A stretch of DNA of 56,923 bases, the filler included, from Porpidia crustulata (lineage: Eukaryota): the NCBI GenBank assembly GCA_964255105.1. It is 5 parts of 5 records of this genome, joined end to end, with 100 filler letters (N's around TTAATTAATTAA, not from the genome) between each part and the next. Parts side by side here need not be neighbours in the genome. Positions count along the whole stretch, not along the records: positions 34,237 to 45,534 come from CAXUWE010000673.1; positions 45,635 to 56,923 come from CAXUWE010000674.1; 3 more parts are not named here. One strand, given 5' to 3'. A program made the translations under genes and the position numbers. Under the pieces are notes generated by a model. The model was not told the DNA's origin and did not search any database. It worked only from the letters and a program-made list of their open reading frames with translations. Position 1 is the first letter of the stretch. Every line of letters begins with the position of its first letter. Positions 36,791 to 49,515 of this stretch are shown in pieces.

Positions 36791-39700
36791 TCACGACCAA
36801 TCCATACCATCCCGATCTTCGACTTTACCTGTCCATCTAGCATGGTCAGGCCCTGACGAGCCGTAGTGTCCACTTCCACCTCCATGACCTGCATCCCGCT
36901 CCTGCTCTCCACGACGTGTGCTATTTTCTTCATGCACGCTCGATTCAAATGTTCCTTCCAAACCGCCTCTACCCCTGTCACCGCGGCCGTTGTATGTGTC
37001 GTTAACACCGCTTCTCCGATATCCTTCATGTCTGCTATATCTTCCTCGCTCTTCATAATTGCCAATCCTTGGCTCCTCTTCTTTTAGCATTCGCATTCTT
37101 GCATCTTCGTCGAGTAATTCACACAGTGCTTGCCCACATCTAGGTTCTATTTCTTGACCATCTTTACCCACAAGCACTGGGAGTCCTTCGTTGAATGAAT
37201 TCTTTAAATGCCCAATGTAATTGAATGGAGTTTCATTAATTACGATCCACCGGATATGAAATGGTGGTGAAGATTGCCAAATGAGTGGTTTTGACCATGC
37301 TGGTAAAGGATTGTCTTCGCTAGGGGCGGAAGTCATGCGTACCTAATTAAGTATCGAAATATAAGAACACGATACTTGAAGTATAGTCACATAGTAGTAA
37401 ATTAAGGAAGTAAGCAAATCTTGGTAGATCGAAGTATAATTCAGGACGAGGATGTGCAGTGAACCATAACAATGCCATGACCTGATGTCCAAAAAGTAAG
37501 GGGAAGAAACTCACGTAGCCTTGGAACGCTCTGCTCTGGTTTACTGAAAAGAACAAAATAACGTTACGGCAAGTGCTGTATGCTTCGGTGAGAATCTCTG
37601 CATTCTTTGGTTGTGTGGCCCAAATACACTGCACGGTAAGACAGGTAAGTAATCATTATGCTGCCACAAGCACTAAGCAGTAATGTAAAGTGATCCGACT
37701 TACATCACGTTGGGCCGTCTCTACGTTGTCATGATTCCAGCTTTTGATCATAAAATACCTCGACCCTACGAGTTGATGTATAATTAGCCCCAAATCCAAA
37801 TCAAATCGAGCGAAAGAGAACAGATGTTATTCAAGTAACAACACTAACCACCTGCTTGAAGACTCAATGAAGCACTGCCTTGCAATTCTCCCCCATTAGC
37901 TTGCTCAGCAGGTTCATGTTCATTGTCCCTCCTAATTTGATTAGCATTCTGGCCAGCTCTATCACGTCCTCGGTCATTGTTAGTAATCTGGTTCTGAGGA
38001 TGATGCCTATTTGGTTGATAATTATCCCAGCGAGGAATAAACTCGTTGTGGCGATTGTCCCTGTTGTGTGAAGGGTTCGTTTCATTATCACGTAGACCAC
38101 TAACATTCCCATAAAAGTCTCGGTCAGGCCTCGTTCCTCTTATTTCATGCTGGATGGGTGACACAGAGCGCCTTCTCGGTCGAGGCTCAGGGTTCATATT
38201 CCGGCGCCGAGCCGGGGGCGATTTACTTCGAGCACGAAATACCGTCGAGTAGTCTCTATCGTTCGTCGACATTCTGTTATTTGGCAACACATGTTCCCCT
38301 ACCATGGGACTCCTCTGTGATTGTGCTTGATCAGAGCGTACGTTAGAATCAAGCCGTGGTAGCTCCGTTTGGCTTTCCTGCGCCCCCAGGTCATCCTCGA
38401 CACGCGGTCTCTTTAATTTCCGTGGAGACACAGGGTTTTCACGGTTGGCAGAATTCTTGATCTTAATCCCTATCTCGTCATGAGCTTCTTGACGTGGTAC
38501 AGGCGGGGGCGGCATGGCAGTAGCAGACGAGGCATGCAGCGTGTGAGGAGACGCAATACTGCGAATCGCACGTCCCTCTCTACTCTCCAAAGGTACAACT
38601 GATGGGGTACGATGAATACCGAGCTGTTCGGCTTTGCGTTGGAGCTCAGCTCTACGAGCATCCGTGGCTCTCATCTCCCTAAAGAGAGACAGGCGCTCAT
38701 TACGCAGTTGCACATCGTTAAAACCGGTCAGTTCAAGCCAGTCGTCCAAGTCTGCACTACTCTCCGCTTTTTGGTTAGAGTGAGCAGCTAAATCTTGATT
38801 TGTCAATTTATCTATCGACGTAGTGTCGGACAGCTGATCGCTATGGCGGTGACCAGATGCAACAAGCTTCTCACGGGCGATGCCTGTATCAGGCGGTGAT
38901 ATTGGTTGCTCCGGTATCACTCTCCCGTCGGTCGTGGTGACAGTATCAATATTTGGCCTCTTTACTCGAGATGCTTCTTTCGGGCGAGCCTCACCTTCTG
39001 TAATCTTCTTGTGAGCAGCACCTACTCGCGGTTCTTTTTGTCGGCGAGCCTTGGCTTCTAATTCCTTCTTGTAAACAGCGGCTGCTCGAGCATTCCGCTC
39101 GACGTTCGCCTTGGATGATAGTAGTTTGTTTTCGTAATATTTTTGGTGTTCAATAGAGCTACGCTCGGCCTGATCGAGTCCAAACGTATCCTTTTTTCGG
39201 TAGCTTGACTCTCTAGTAGGATTCCGCTCGTGTTCGCATGGCAGATCTTGATTTGGCCGTGATCGCTTGCGAGCTAGTTCCTGAGGCTCGGCTTCAGAAG
39301 TGTGGAACCTATCATGGTGATGAGAAGCTGACGGACCCCCCCAAGATTGACGGGCGGTCAAAGCACGTTGTGGTTCGGCATGATCGACCTCAGCTGAACT
39401 CTTTGCAACGCTGGGCGGGTTTGTTTTAGCTTTGTGCGACGTGGAAGTCTTTGAAGTGCCACTAATCGTGGAGTTGATGATCGGCGTTCCGTTCGATGTT
39501 CGTCTCTTTTGTTCTGAATTCTTAGGCTGTTGGGGTTCAAGATCGTTGTTTTTGATCTCTCCAGGCTCTGAAACATTGGACGGGGGACCGTTCTGGTTCA
39601 ATTGATGTTGAACCCTACCACCAGCGAGTTTCGATTGGACGTTCGGCTTGGCAACCGCTGATATAGTACTGTGCTCATCAAGCTGTTTGTCTTCATTTTG

Positions 39701-40561
39701 AACGACAACCTGTTGACTTGATTCTGTTACAGCTGCTTTAGCGTCATTGGTAGCCCTAGCCTCCGCAAAAAGGCTATCAATATCATAGGCTCCATCGGAC
39801 TGCATTAATGGCGAATGACGCGGCAGCGCCCTGATGTTAGGACTGCTTTCATTTGCTCTTGGCTGAGAATTCCTGTTAGATACTCCAGCAATCTTTCCGC
39901 CATTCAATTTTGCTTGCTGAAGATTTTCCTTAGGCATCGACTCTAAGTTATTTCTACTATTATCTCTATCAGAAGCATGATCGACCACATTCTTGGAGAG
40001 TCTTAACGGGGTCCCAGGTGTGGATCCTCGCCTCGTGGCCAACAGCTTTGCTCTCAATTCGGCCGCTCTGTTATTAAGAAATGCTGAATCTGATCTCGGT
40101 GTGGCAACTTTGGGTTGAGCGCTTCCAGATGGCTGCTGCTCATCAGTCTTTGCATGGATAGATGCTGGTTGATGCAACAATGTAGAATTAGTTGGTCCCA
40201 AGTTGGAGTAATGGCCAATTTTGTTAGAGCGTTGACCACCTTCCACAATTGCCATATCTGTGTCTACATCTCCATCGCCATTATCATAAAAATCCTCACC
40301 GTCATCATAAGAAATATACTCTTGGTTCTCGGAGTAGGAACCACCGTTATCCATTGACAATTCTTGGTAATGCATTTTATAGCCGTTGGGTTCTTTTAAT
40401 GGTCTTGGTTGACTCTGTAGGCTTGATCGGTAATTCTGTGGGGTTGGTGGCTGAACACTGCGATAGTTTAAAGAATCAACTAAGCTCTCATACCCACTGT
40501 TGCTCTGAGTATTAGGTGGAAACTGTGAACTGTCATCGCTATGGTCGTGAGTTCGCAACAT
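36791..40561 (-). CDS. YTH-domain RNA-binding protein (YTHDC-type) with a long disordered N-terminus
   Basis: Introns 37766-37848, 37629-37703 and 37343-37514 join RYFMIKSWNHDNVETAQRD-CIWATQPKN...VILFFSVNQSRAFQGY-VRMTS...PFHIRW...HLKNSFNEGLPVLVGKDGQEIE, a complete YTH domain. Confidence 0.9.
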
Positions 40562-41049
40562 CTTTGATTGCTTTCAATTGTCCTGCATTGATGAAACTTT
40601 TGATGCAACACACTTTTCCCGTACATGCAGACAACCGCTGTTTTGGTTCTCTTTTACTCGAAATTTTGGTGAACTCTGTCATTTGTTGAAATTTTGAAGC
40701 TTCGCGAGATGAGATTGAGGGATCACTTTCAGAGTTTTAAACGGGTATCCTCTGCTGTCAGGATTCTGATTGGCCTGTTTCGGTAGAACAGATGTCAGAT
40801 TCTGCACTTCGTTCATCCATATTGAACGCTGCTGTGCACAGTTGTGCTCCAAGATTGCAGGAATCTACCGCTTGTGCTGTTGGCAAGATTTGTTGATTCT
40901 CTATACACCTATCCAGAGGTGAGACGGGCACACGGGATTCAAAGTAAAGACGCGTTAAATGAAGAGACGCTAGAAAGGTTTGCTTGCAGCTGCCGTTCAG
41001 ACTATGCCAACCGAGGGAATTGATCATCCACCCTTGCGTGCACGCGTGA

Positions 41050-41528
41050 TTGCCTCAGTTCTCAGACGTATCTCGCTAAGCCCCTTCGGGTTAGCTAGCG
41101 TCGATTTGACTGACTACGCAGCGTATCGACGATACGTCATCTGAGTTCAAAACTGTGTATTCATGTCAGATATACGTTAAAATGACGATGCTAAATGTGC
41201 GTTTTGCAACAACGATCGATTAATTTCTGATTTCTGTACGCGGAATGTCTTCTGATGAATTCATTATAACTTTGTATTATGTTATATTTCATATCTGTTG
41301 TGCGTGCGTTAACATGAGCAATTCTGATTCGTTTCGCTAAGAAGTTTGCGATCGAAATTTATGATGACGTGATATCGTTGTGTGAGCTTGAATTTTCATC
41401 TTTCTGTACGTTAACGCATACCTGACTGAAATAATGAATTGTGATCTCAGACGTGCCGCCATCATGCTGCGTAGTTGGTAGGGCTAACCCGAAGGGGCTT
41501 AGCGATGCACGTCTGAGTACTGAGGCAA
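41050..41528. mobile_element. Non-autonomous DNA transposon (MITE), 479 bp, long imperfect TIRs and an 8-bp TSD
   Basis: TIR TTGCCTCAGTWCTCAGACGTNNNTCGCTAAGCCCCTTCGGGTTAGC (42/46 identical between ends, weaker similarity to about 100 bp). Direct repeat ACGCGTGA at 41042-41049 and 41529-41536. AT-rich non-coding interior. Confidence 0.85.
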
Positions 41529-42043
41529 ACGCGTGAGAGAAAACGATATGGACTTCGGGATGCCGGTGTAGTATCCAATCAGTTCTATCGAGAGGGATCT
41601 ATGAGGAACAAGATAGAGAAGTTGTAGAGTCATTCAATTTCTAAATACTTAATACGTCAATGGAAACATCAAGCGGCGAATAAGCATAGAGTTGTCAAAA
41701 TGCTTTGACAGCGCCTTTGCAAAGGGTGTCAACTAGGTATGGTAGAGATAATGATCAAGAGATTCGTCATGTTGCAGCTGTTGCTCCAATGCCTGGATGC
41801 CAGCATACTGTATTTCAACTCGCAGGTGCTACAGAAGCATGGGTCTTTGGTCTCTTCCGCCTTTCAATCGCCGAGAATGGAAAGTCAAGTACCATTTTTA
41901 CATTGTAGATGCATTGATATTGACTTAGTGCAATAAGTCCAATATGGACCACCTGAAAATCATCCTTCCAAGCCATGATATGTGCTCGCTAATAGACTTT
42001 CCCTTCCTGTAGTGTCCTCTGATAGATAGTTTTAAAAGACCGA

Positions 42044-43636
42044 CTAGTTGTGAGCACCACTTGTTTTTCGAATAAATCCAAGGAACCTGTTCATCCTTCC
42101 ATTTTTGTTTCCGTTCCTGCTGACTAGAGTGCTGGAATCTTCAGAGCTTTGCATGTCGCTAACAGTAGCAAGTGAGTTACAATAGCTCGAGTCCTTTGTG
42201 GGACCTAGGACCATACTCCGTTGCCCTGGTCGAGGGGAGGCAACTTGGCCTTCAACTAAATGACCATTTTCCTGGTGCAGGCTTATGATGTTTCCCGAAT
42301 CTATCTCTTCGTGGAATAGGGCCGGACTGCGAATGCCAAGGGGGCTCTGGATTCCAGGCTTCGCCGCCGATGAGCTGTTTCGATTATTGACTCGATTCAT
42401 GAAAGCCGTCCCGGTGGATTGGGTTCTGCGAGGGCTTGCTCGATCAGTGTTGGGCGATGTCAATGCGGACATTGCGGAGGCCGAAGGAGCTGCTGCAGCC
42501 TCAGGCGTGCTTCTAGTCTCTCTCCTCGGTTTTCCACTCTCGCTATTGCTCGTTCGACCAGCGGTAAGGTTACCTAGATTAAGGGACAAGTTTCGCCGAG
42601 TGTGAGTCTTTTGGATGCCACGCTGGGCCTTCGCTGCAGTTATGGACGAAAATATTGGATCGTTGTATCTGAAATATGGTGAATAGCCTTCTCGAAAGGC
42701 AACCCATAGCCCAGTAATGACGATCAAGGTCTTCAAGTGCTCATCGATCTCTACTTCTGTGCTAGGTATAGTGTACATGTCATCATGTTCTACGTCTTGA
42801 TCCTCCAAATCGCTAACAGGCGGCTCACTTGGTGATGCTGAAGCTTGCGCAACTATGGGCGTAGGCGGAATAGAATATCGGTCGAGAATGGAAAGCGATT
42901 GGCGCGTCAGAGTAGCCATGACTGGGTGACGACGAGAATCAGGGTTGACAATACTGAAATTGAACCTTTCAGTTCCAGGCAGAGACGGTGTGGTGGCACT
43001 CTCCTGACTCTTCCGACGCCGTCGAGACACCTTTGGCACCCATCTTGCAACGGATCTTTGTCCCTGTTCGTCTGTAGATATGAATTCATAGACACCATTC
43101 GCCTTTGAGCTTGCTTCCCAGCAAGGCCCGTGGTTCAAGCATATTTCTGTATTTCCAAGTGTAGCCCCCTCACCTTCCCTCACCTGACAGAACGCAGCCA
43201 CAAAATCTCGAGTATGCCAATCTTCATCATCAGTTGACTTCTTCACTCCAGTGTCTGATTCGCTTGAACCATCATAGGTCTGACTTCGAACAATTACCAG
43301 GTCGTCTGCGCCGAGACCATCCTTGCCCTTGAAAATTCGTGGGAATTTTTTGGCGAGTCTCGGCGCAAAAGTAACGGAAGGTAGTACGTCGAGGACAGGG
43401 AGTGGACGGGTTGAATTCGAGGTTTGTTGTAGCTGTAGCAGTAGCTTTGGACGAATGCTAAAGCGCTGCCTGTGTTTGACGGCTGGAGGGGGAAGGGCCA
43501 ACTGGAAGTACGTCTTGTCCTTCGACCGTGCTTTCTTTCCATTCTTCGTTTCTACGGTAGAGCCATCGGGAGAGTACATTTCTGGTGGGTATACTTCCGG
43601 TGGAGCCTCCACCGTTGACAGTCCTTCTAGCATCAT
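42044..43636 (-). CDS. Hypothetical fungal protein
   Basis: Long intronless ORF with ordered-looking blocks (FQLALPPP, RPKLLLQLQQ, PLPVLDVLPS, ARWV, FNFSIVNPDSRRHPVMATL, LIVITGLWVAFREG). The start could be further upstream (43855). Confidence 0.75.
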   Translation of the reverse strand: MMLEGLSTVEAPPEVYPPEMYSPDGSTVETKNGKKARSKDKTYFQLALPPPAVKHRQRFSIRPKLLLQLQQTSNSTRPLPVLDVLPSVTFAPRLAKKFPRIFKGKDGLGADDLVIVRSQTYDGSSESDTGVKKSTDDEDWHTRDFVAAFCQVREGEGATLGNTEICLNHGPCWEASSKANGVYEFISTDEQGQRSVARWVPKVSRRRRKSQESATTPSLPGTERFNFSIVNPDSRRHPVMATLTRQSLSILDRYSIPPTPIVAQASASPSEPPVSDLEDQDVEHDDMYTIPSTEVEIDEHLKTLIVITGLWVAFREGYSPYFRYNDPIFSSITAAKAQRGIQKTHTRRNLSLNLGNLTAGRTSNSESGKPRRETRSTPEAAAAPSASAMSALTSPNTDRASPRRTQSTGTAFMNRVNNRNSSSAAKPGIQSPLGIRSPALFHEEIDSGNIISLHQENGHLVEGQVASPRPGQRSMVLGPTKDSSYCNSLATVSDMQSSEDSSTLVSRNGNKNGRMNRFLGFIRKTSGAHN

Positions 43637-45132
43637 CGGTCCACTATGTCCTACGGACCCATTGGAATGCTCCGAAGCGGACGCGGACGACAGGGAGGGT
43701 AGGACACCGGTATGACTTGTAGAGTAAGAAGACAGAAAATAAGGCAGAAATGGTCGGCATAGACTTTGCTGGGCACTGGTGAATTTAGGCAGCGGGGAGA
43801 AGCCATGGCGGTGAGCTGCTACTATATCAGCGGCCATGCCGAGACACAAGAACATGGTTCTCTTTGATCAACAAGGAGGTTTTAGGGTGTGATGATGCAT
43901 AGCGACAACTGTCGGGCAGTAAGCGTAGTTATGAGAAGGAAGAAATATTGGCCGATACGGCCAGCGGTGCGAAGACAAACCGCGTCAGCAGCGACTTTTC
44001 AGACAGAGCAGTTCAAGGCGGGGGACACAAGGGAATCTGCGGTAATATTCATAATAATCACAAATGATTCCAAGGCAGGGACATCAGGCTCGCAAACACT
44101 ATCCCCAAAGGAAACTGGTGTGCTCTGCCACCATGGAAGCCGTGAGACGAGGGGATTTCCAGCCTGGCGGATTGTGGGATTGTTTGATCTAAGTTTTCCA
44201 ACTGGGTGAGACGTGAGATTCCGGCTTGCGGCTGAGCCTTGGGTCAGCCCCGTGAAGGTAAATTGATTGAGGACACGTTAGCATCCATGTTTGGACACGG
44301 TGTTCGGAAGTCATGATCCCATGATAATTGATGTAGAGGTATGAGCTGCACCTTGGCAGATTATATGGTAGGTACCTTATTCACCGGAATAATACACTCA
44401 TTTGAGCAACAACGGAAAGATTCCGGAGGATGATGGAGTGCGTGGTTTCTTTCTGCACAGGAAATCCTTGAACCGACACTACTCTACAGGGCCACGACGC
44501 CCGCTTAGCTAGCTCCCATCTCTAGGGCAAGTGGGGCTGCTGCTCGGCTGTTTCGAATCACAAGTTCCGATCGCTCAAGTAGTAACACAGAACTGTTATA
44601 GCCAGTAACAACTTTGATGCTACGGACGTACCGATAGAACGATTGCATAGGATTAACGCAACTTCACTGCCTCGCTAGGCTTCAGCTTTCTCGGGATGGA
44701 AGTTCTTGACGTGGCATTTTTGTCGCTTTGTGCTCATACGCACACAAATTCTATCTCTCGAAATTGTCATCCTTGTGCAATTCGCATTTGTTACCGCGGC
44801 ATTCACTGTGTCCAATCTCCACTACTTTAGACTGCCAGAAAACCAAAGTAATCATGTGTTCGACCCCAAAAAACCCGGACCCGAGAAAATGATTATCGCA
44901 TTATTATTCGGGGTTGCCATTCCCCGTCAACCGCAAAACCCCCGCATCGGCAATCGGGCATTTACACTAGTGTGGCTATTTAGAGGTGACAGCGCGGTGC
45001 CGCTCGCTTAATTTAGCCGACTCAATTTACTAATCTTGAAATCGTCATGTTGGTCATAGCCTTCTAGGGTATCAATGGCATGAACTTTGTAATTCACGCT
45101 TTTGGCCCGAATAGCGACTCCATCCACCAACC

Positions 45133-45534
45133 ATGCTAGCCTCCGGCTTCACCTCCGCCCCCATCTCCAAGGCCCTCTTCTTCTCTACCATCGCCTCCTC
45201 CCTGCTCGTCAGCATAACCGACACCAAATACCTCTTCCACATCCAGCTCTTCCCGCACCTCATCCGCTACAAGCAGACATGGCGCCTCCTGATCTGGCAG
45301 TGCTGCTACATCAACAGCACCGAACTCCTCTTCGCCGTCATGACCATCTACCACCTCCGAATCATTGAACGGCTGTGGGGTTCGAGGAAATTCGCTGTAC
45401 ATCAACTCCCTCCCACCGATACACCCCAAATCTACCGCTAACGATTCACCACCCACAGTCCTTCCTCCTATCCACCCTCCCACCAACCCTCCTCCTCCCC
45501 CCCATCCTCCTCGCCCTCCTCCGCCCCCTAACCC
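45133..45534 (+). CDS. dsc2: Dsc E3 ubiquitin ligase subunit Dsc2-like (rhomboid pseudoprotease/UBAC2 family), 3' end truncated
   Basis: MLASGFTSAPISKAL...QTWRLLIWQ-CYINSTELLF...YHLRIIERLWGSRKFA|SFLL; intron 45397-45458. Confidence 0.8.
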
Positions 45535-45634
45535 NNNNNNNNNNNNNNNNNNNNNNNNNNNNNNNNNNNNNNNNNNNNTTAATTAATTAANNNNNNNNNN
45601 NNNNNNNNNNNNNNNNNNNNNNNNNNNNNNNNNN
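45535..45634. other. Artificial contig linker
   Basis: 100-nt N-run with central TTAATTAATTAA. Confidence 0.98.
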
Positions 45635-48591
45635 GTCTCGGAACTGCGAGATTCGGGCGCCGGGGGCAGTGGGTAATCGAGACGGTGTTGGAGATTCGCA
45701 CCGGACAAGGTCAGGTTCGGAGCTGAGAACGCGCCGCTGATTGGACTTGAGGGCAGTGAAATTGAATGTCCAGCGCTACGGCTTGGAAAATTCCGAGGCT
45801 CAGGAATTGGGGATATAGGTGATGTCAATCTAGCGGTCTGGGGTCTCCTGCTGCTGATTGAGCCCATTGTCCGACCGACAAAGGCGGAAACTGGTCTTCT
45901 GGTGGGGGTTGTGGTCGAGCTGAGGGGACTCATTTCAGACCCACTCTGCCATGTACCTGTACGGCTGAATCCAACTGAGCTTAGCGGACTAACAGTGCTC
46001 GACGACGAGTCGATTGGTGACTCTCTAAAAGCCTGGATACCTGAGTGACCTGGCAGAGGAGGGTGTTGGGCTCGGACCGGAAGGGAACTTATCCTTCTGG
46101 AACCAGTATTTCGCATCGTTTCATACATTGTACTAGCTCGTCGAGGTCGCTCGCCTTCACGGCTTGGCCGTCGCATGGGCTCTGATCCTCGTGGCATTAT
46201 CGTTGAGAGTAGATGTTCCGGCAGGGGCCTGTCTGGGTTTTTGGTATACACTGGCGGTGGAGGAACCCAATTATCGGCGTCACTTTCATGAGGCAACTCT
46301 CCACGACCATCAGGCCTTCTATATTCGATGCGACCTGAATCAACTATACGTTGCGGCAGATTACGTTGCCGATTCGCGGCCACGGCTGTAGCAGACCTAT
46401 ACAAAGATGTACGAGACCGAGGTTGGGTGTGGGAATATGGCCCATCAAATGCCATAGAAGCCTCTTCTAATGTCAGCCCATCTTCGGGAGAGAAGTCATC
46501 ACGGGCACCATCGTTGATGGGTGATCTCCCAAGTGCAGGACTGGGACTCGATATTGGTAAAGATGGGGGATCAATGTTAGGTACTGGTGGTATATCGGAG
46601 CCCGTGGCCAACACGGCGACAACGCTGGCTCTTGTTGGACCATCCCTTCGCTGTCGGACTGTACGCTGTCGAACAAGAGCAACCTCCACATCCATGTCCA
46701 TATCCTCTTCTTGCAATAGCTCTGGGTTGCCGTGGCCGATTTCCAATGTCATTTCGCTGAGTTTTCCATCGCTATGAGTACGATCAAAATCCAGGATCAC
46801 TAAACGGCCTCCATCCACTGGCACGAAATCGTGTTCGTCGACATCTGACGATTTCGATACGCCGCCTGGGGCAGCAATTATCAGACGCTCACCAATCGAC
46901 CGCGTCCCTTGTCTTTCAGTCTTGCGGCTTACCCATTTCACTCCTGCCACCCCGGGAACCTGCGCAACCCGGCGTCCTTTGGCAAATACATTGCGATACT
47001 TATCAACCAAGACTTGCCATTGCGGTAATCCCGTCAACTCCATGCTCTCACCTTTTGTCAGTGCAGTGGGTGGACTCCGCCCAGTACTAGATGTGGGGCT
47101 AGGACTTGAGCCAGCCATCACAATACCTTGAGGAAATGCTTCATCGGTTGGAGAGATGGTCGAGGTATCTAGACTCTCAGGAACACCATACAACCAGACG
47201 TCCTTGCCGAGAAATCCGGCTGCGACAAGCTCGCCTCGATCGCTTGTAGTAGGTAGCGTGCAGGGTACTAATTTATCGTTCAAACGCCCTGATCCTGCTC
47301 GATCATTGGGCTTCGGTCCAGTGAAGTATGTGGTACCATTCCTTAAGTCATCCGTGCGAACAGCTCGAAAGCTTTCAAACACTCGATCGAAAGTAAACGT
47401 CCAATTTGCATCGCCTTCTGAATGGTGAGGCAAAAGCGTTGCGTGACTACAATCTCGGCTACTGTTTGGGAACAGGATCTGTGAGGTCCAGATGTAGCTA
47501 ATGAGATCAGTAGCTGATAAGTCCTGATTACCCTCCGTGAAGTATGGAGCTGATAAGACGACAGTGTTCGGATGTTTGCTATGTTGCGTTGTGCCAAGCA
47601 ACATCGTTCCGTCTGCGGAGAATGTGATGGCATCCACCGAATCACATTTGACCGACCTTCTTTCTGTAGATGGAGTATTGTTTGCAAGAGAGTGTACCTC
47701 GATCCCTCCCTCATATGCAGTCGCGAGCACTTCACCCTTCGGTGATAATGCTAGGGTATTGGGCTGGTTATCCAGAGACACGGTGCGCAGGCGTTTGACT
47801 TTGAGCTCGGAGAGATCGTAAACGTTGACTCGATGGTCGCTGGATAAGACTGCTAGAATAGACCCATCATCCAGCACCGTTGCAGCAATTGGGCGCCGTA
47901 AGACCTTGAATTCCCTTTGTACGGTGATTGTGGGTGACACCGTGTCGATCACATATATTCGAGACGAACATAGCGCCAGTGCCCAATGGCCATTGGGAGA
48001 GAAGTGGAAATCTAGAGCTTCGCCGCCCGGGAATGCTGAAGAAGAGCTTGTAGTTCTGGATATGAGATTCATAATAGTATGCCGTGGGCGCATGTAAGCT
48101 TGGAACAAATTCCGCTTCACCTCCTGAGCGAATTGTCGCTTCAACCGTGGAAGGCTGTTGTCGGTGAACGGGCCAGCAATGACGTTGTTGTTTATGGAAA
48201 AGGAAGGACATCTTGAGAGATGATGTGCGTAAAGATGGGGAGTCTGTGAGGCCTCACGCCATGCACGACTGACAAGTATCAACGATGTAAAAGACTCCGG
48301 ATCTGTGAGATAGAGTACTCTGCAGAAGCCACAAGGTCAGCCACGACACATTCCACTGATGTCAGTGCCTATCACTTACCGCTCAATGATCTCTGGTGGG
48401 AGCATAACGATCTTCTCGTCTTTGCAAATTATTTTTCCCTTCCTCACCTCCTGAGCATGCTTCGCTCGAGTATTGAATCCATCCTCTCCCGCATCTTCTA
48501 TGCGGAGTGTTTCGTCTTGTGGTCCCGCGTTGGTGTTGGATTTGGAAGGGCTGTCAGGCCAGCTTCCCGGAGTAGGAGCATCGAGACTCAT
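45635..48591 (-). CDS. F-box-like / WD40-like beta-propeller protein, 3' end truncated
   Basis: F-box-like segment LPPEIIER|VLYLTDPESFTSLILVSRAWR (intron 48320-48379), followed by propeller-like repeats (FHFSPNG, LALSPKG, ITFSADG) and a Ser/Pro-rich tail. Confidence 0.8.
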
Positions 48592-49515
48592 CTTTCAGAA
48601 GTTGGTTGACTTCTCGTACATCCATTCTCAAATTGGGGTGCTTGATGCGTCATTGCACGCCAACTCACCCCGTTTGTCTTACTGTATTCCCATTGAGGAA
48701 CGGAAATTGATTCCGCTTTCCGGACTTACCGTTCTTTAGCCGTTCTTTAGGTCTGCTCACGTTAGACTCAATCTTCTTCCCATATTTATTTTTATTTTTG
48801 AATCTCCATGCACAACATTTACGAACTCAATCGCATGTCGCAGGAACTCCAAAGCCCAATATTTCTCATCGGGAATCGACAACCCAGTTAGTATTAGGCC
48901 TATTGATACGAGCAATCCAAGGCAAAAAGAGCATGCCAATAGTCTTATTTATTACATTGCCATATTGTTCTCATCACACAGCGTCTCAATTTACATTCAA
49001 GTCTCTAGGTGTGGTAGTGCAAAGTTGTGACAGTTAGAGCTATTGGGGTGCTTGTCTCTCTAAGGGAATTGCAATGCATAATATTGCTCAATTAAGAGCA
49101 TGAGAATGGTTGGATACCTCCTCCCATGATCCCTACGCTTTTCAATTATTTGGTACTCTAGTTGGCAGCAGAGCTTAATTGGCGGTTCTCGACTCATCTA
49201 CAGAGAATCGGACTCGCCTCTAGAGATTTTGACATGAGTTGCTCGTTTTCGGATCGCAATAAAAGAGCGTGGTCCTTAAGATTTTGCAAAGGCGGTTCAC
49301 TAGAACATTTTACTCAATACGCCATATGTGCTGATAGAAGTCGAATGATAAGATGAGAAGAGTAACCATACAGACTACCCAGGGTACATATACATCTTCA
49401 ACGGTGAAATGCTGGAGGACCCATCCGACTCCATGCCTATCCGAGTGCCACAGAATCAAGAGGTTTTACCTCTTAAGTAGCATTTTCCTGTCGCAAAATT
49501 GATCCCCTAGGAACA

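Noticed and set aside
37343..37514. Longer-than-usual intron in the YTH gene as a possible ncRNA host
   Set aside because: No box motifs or stable stems recognised.
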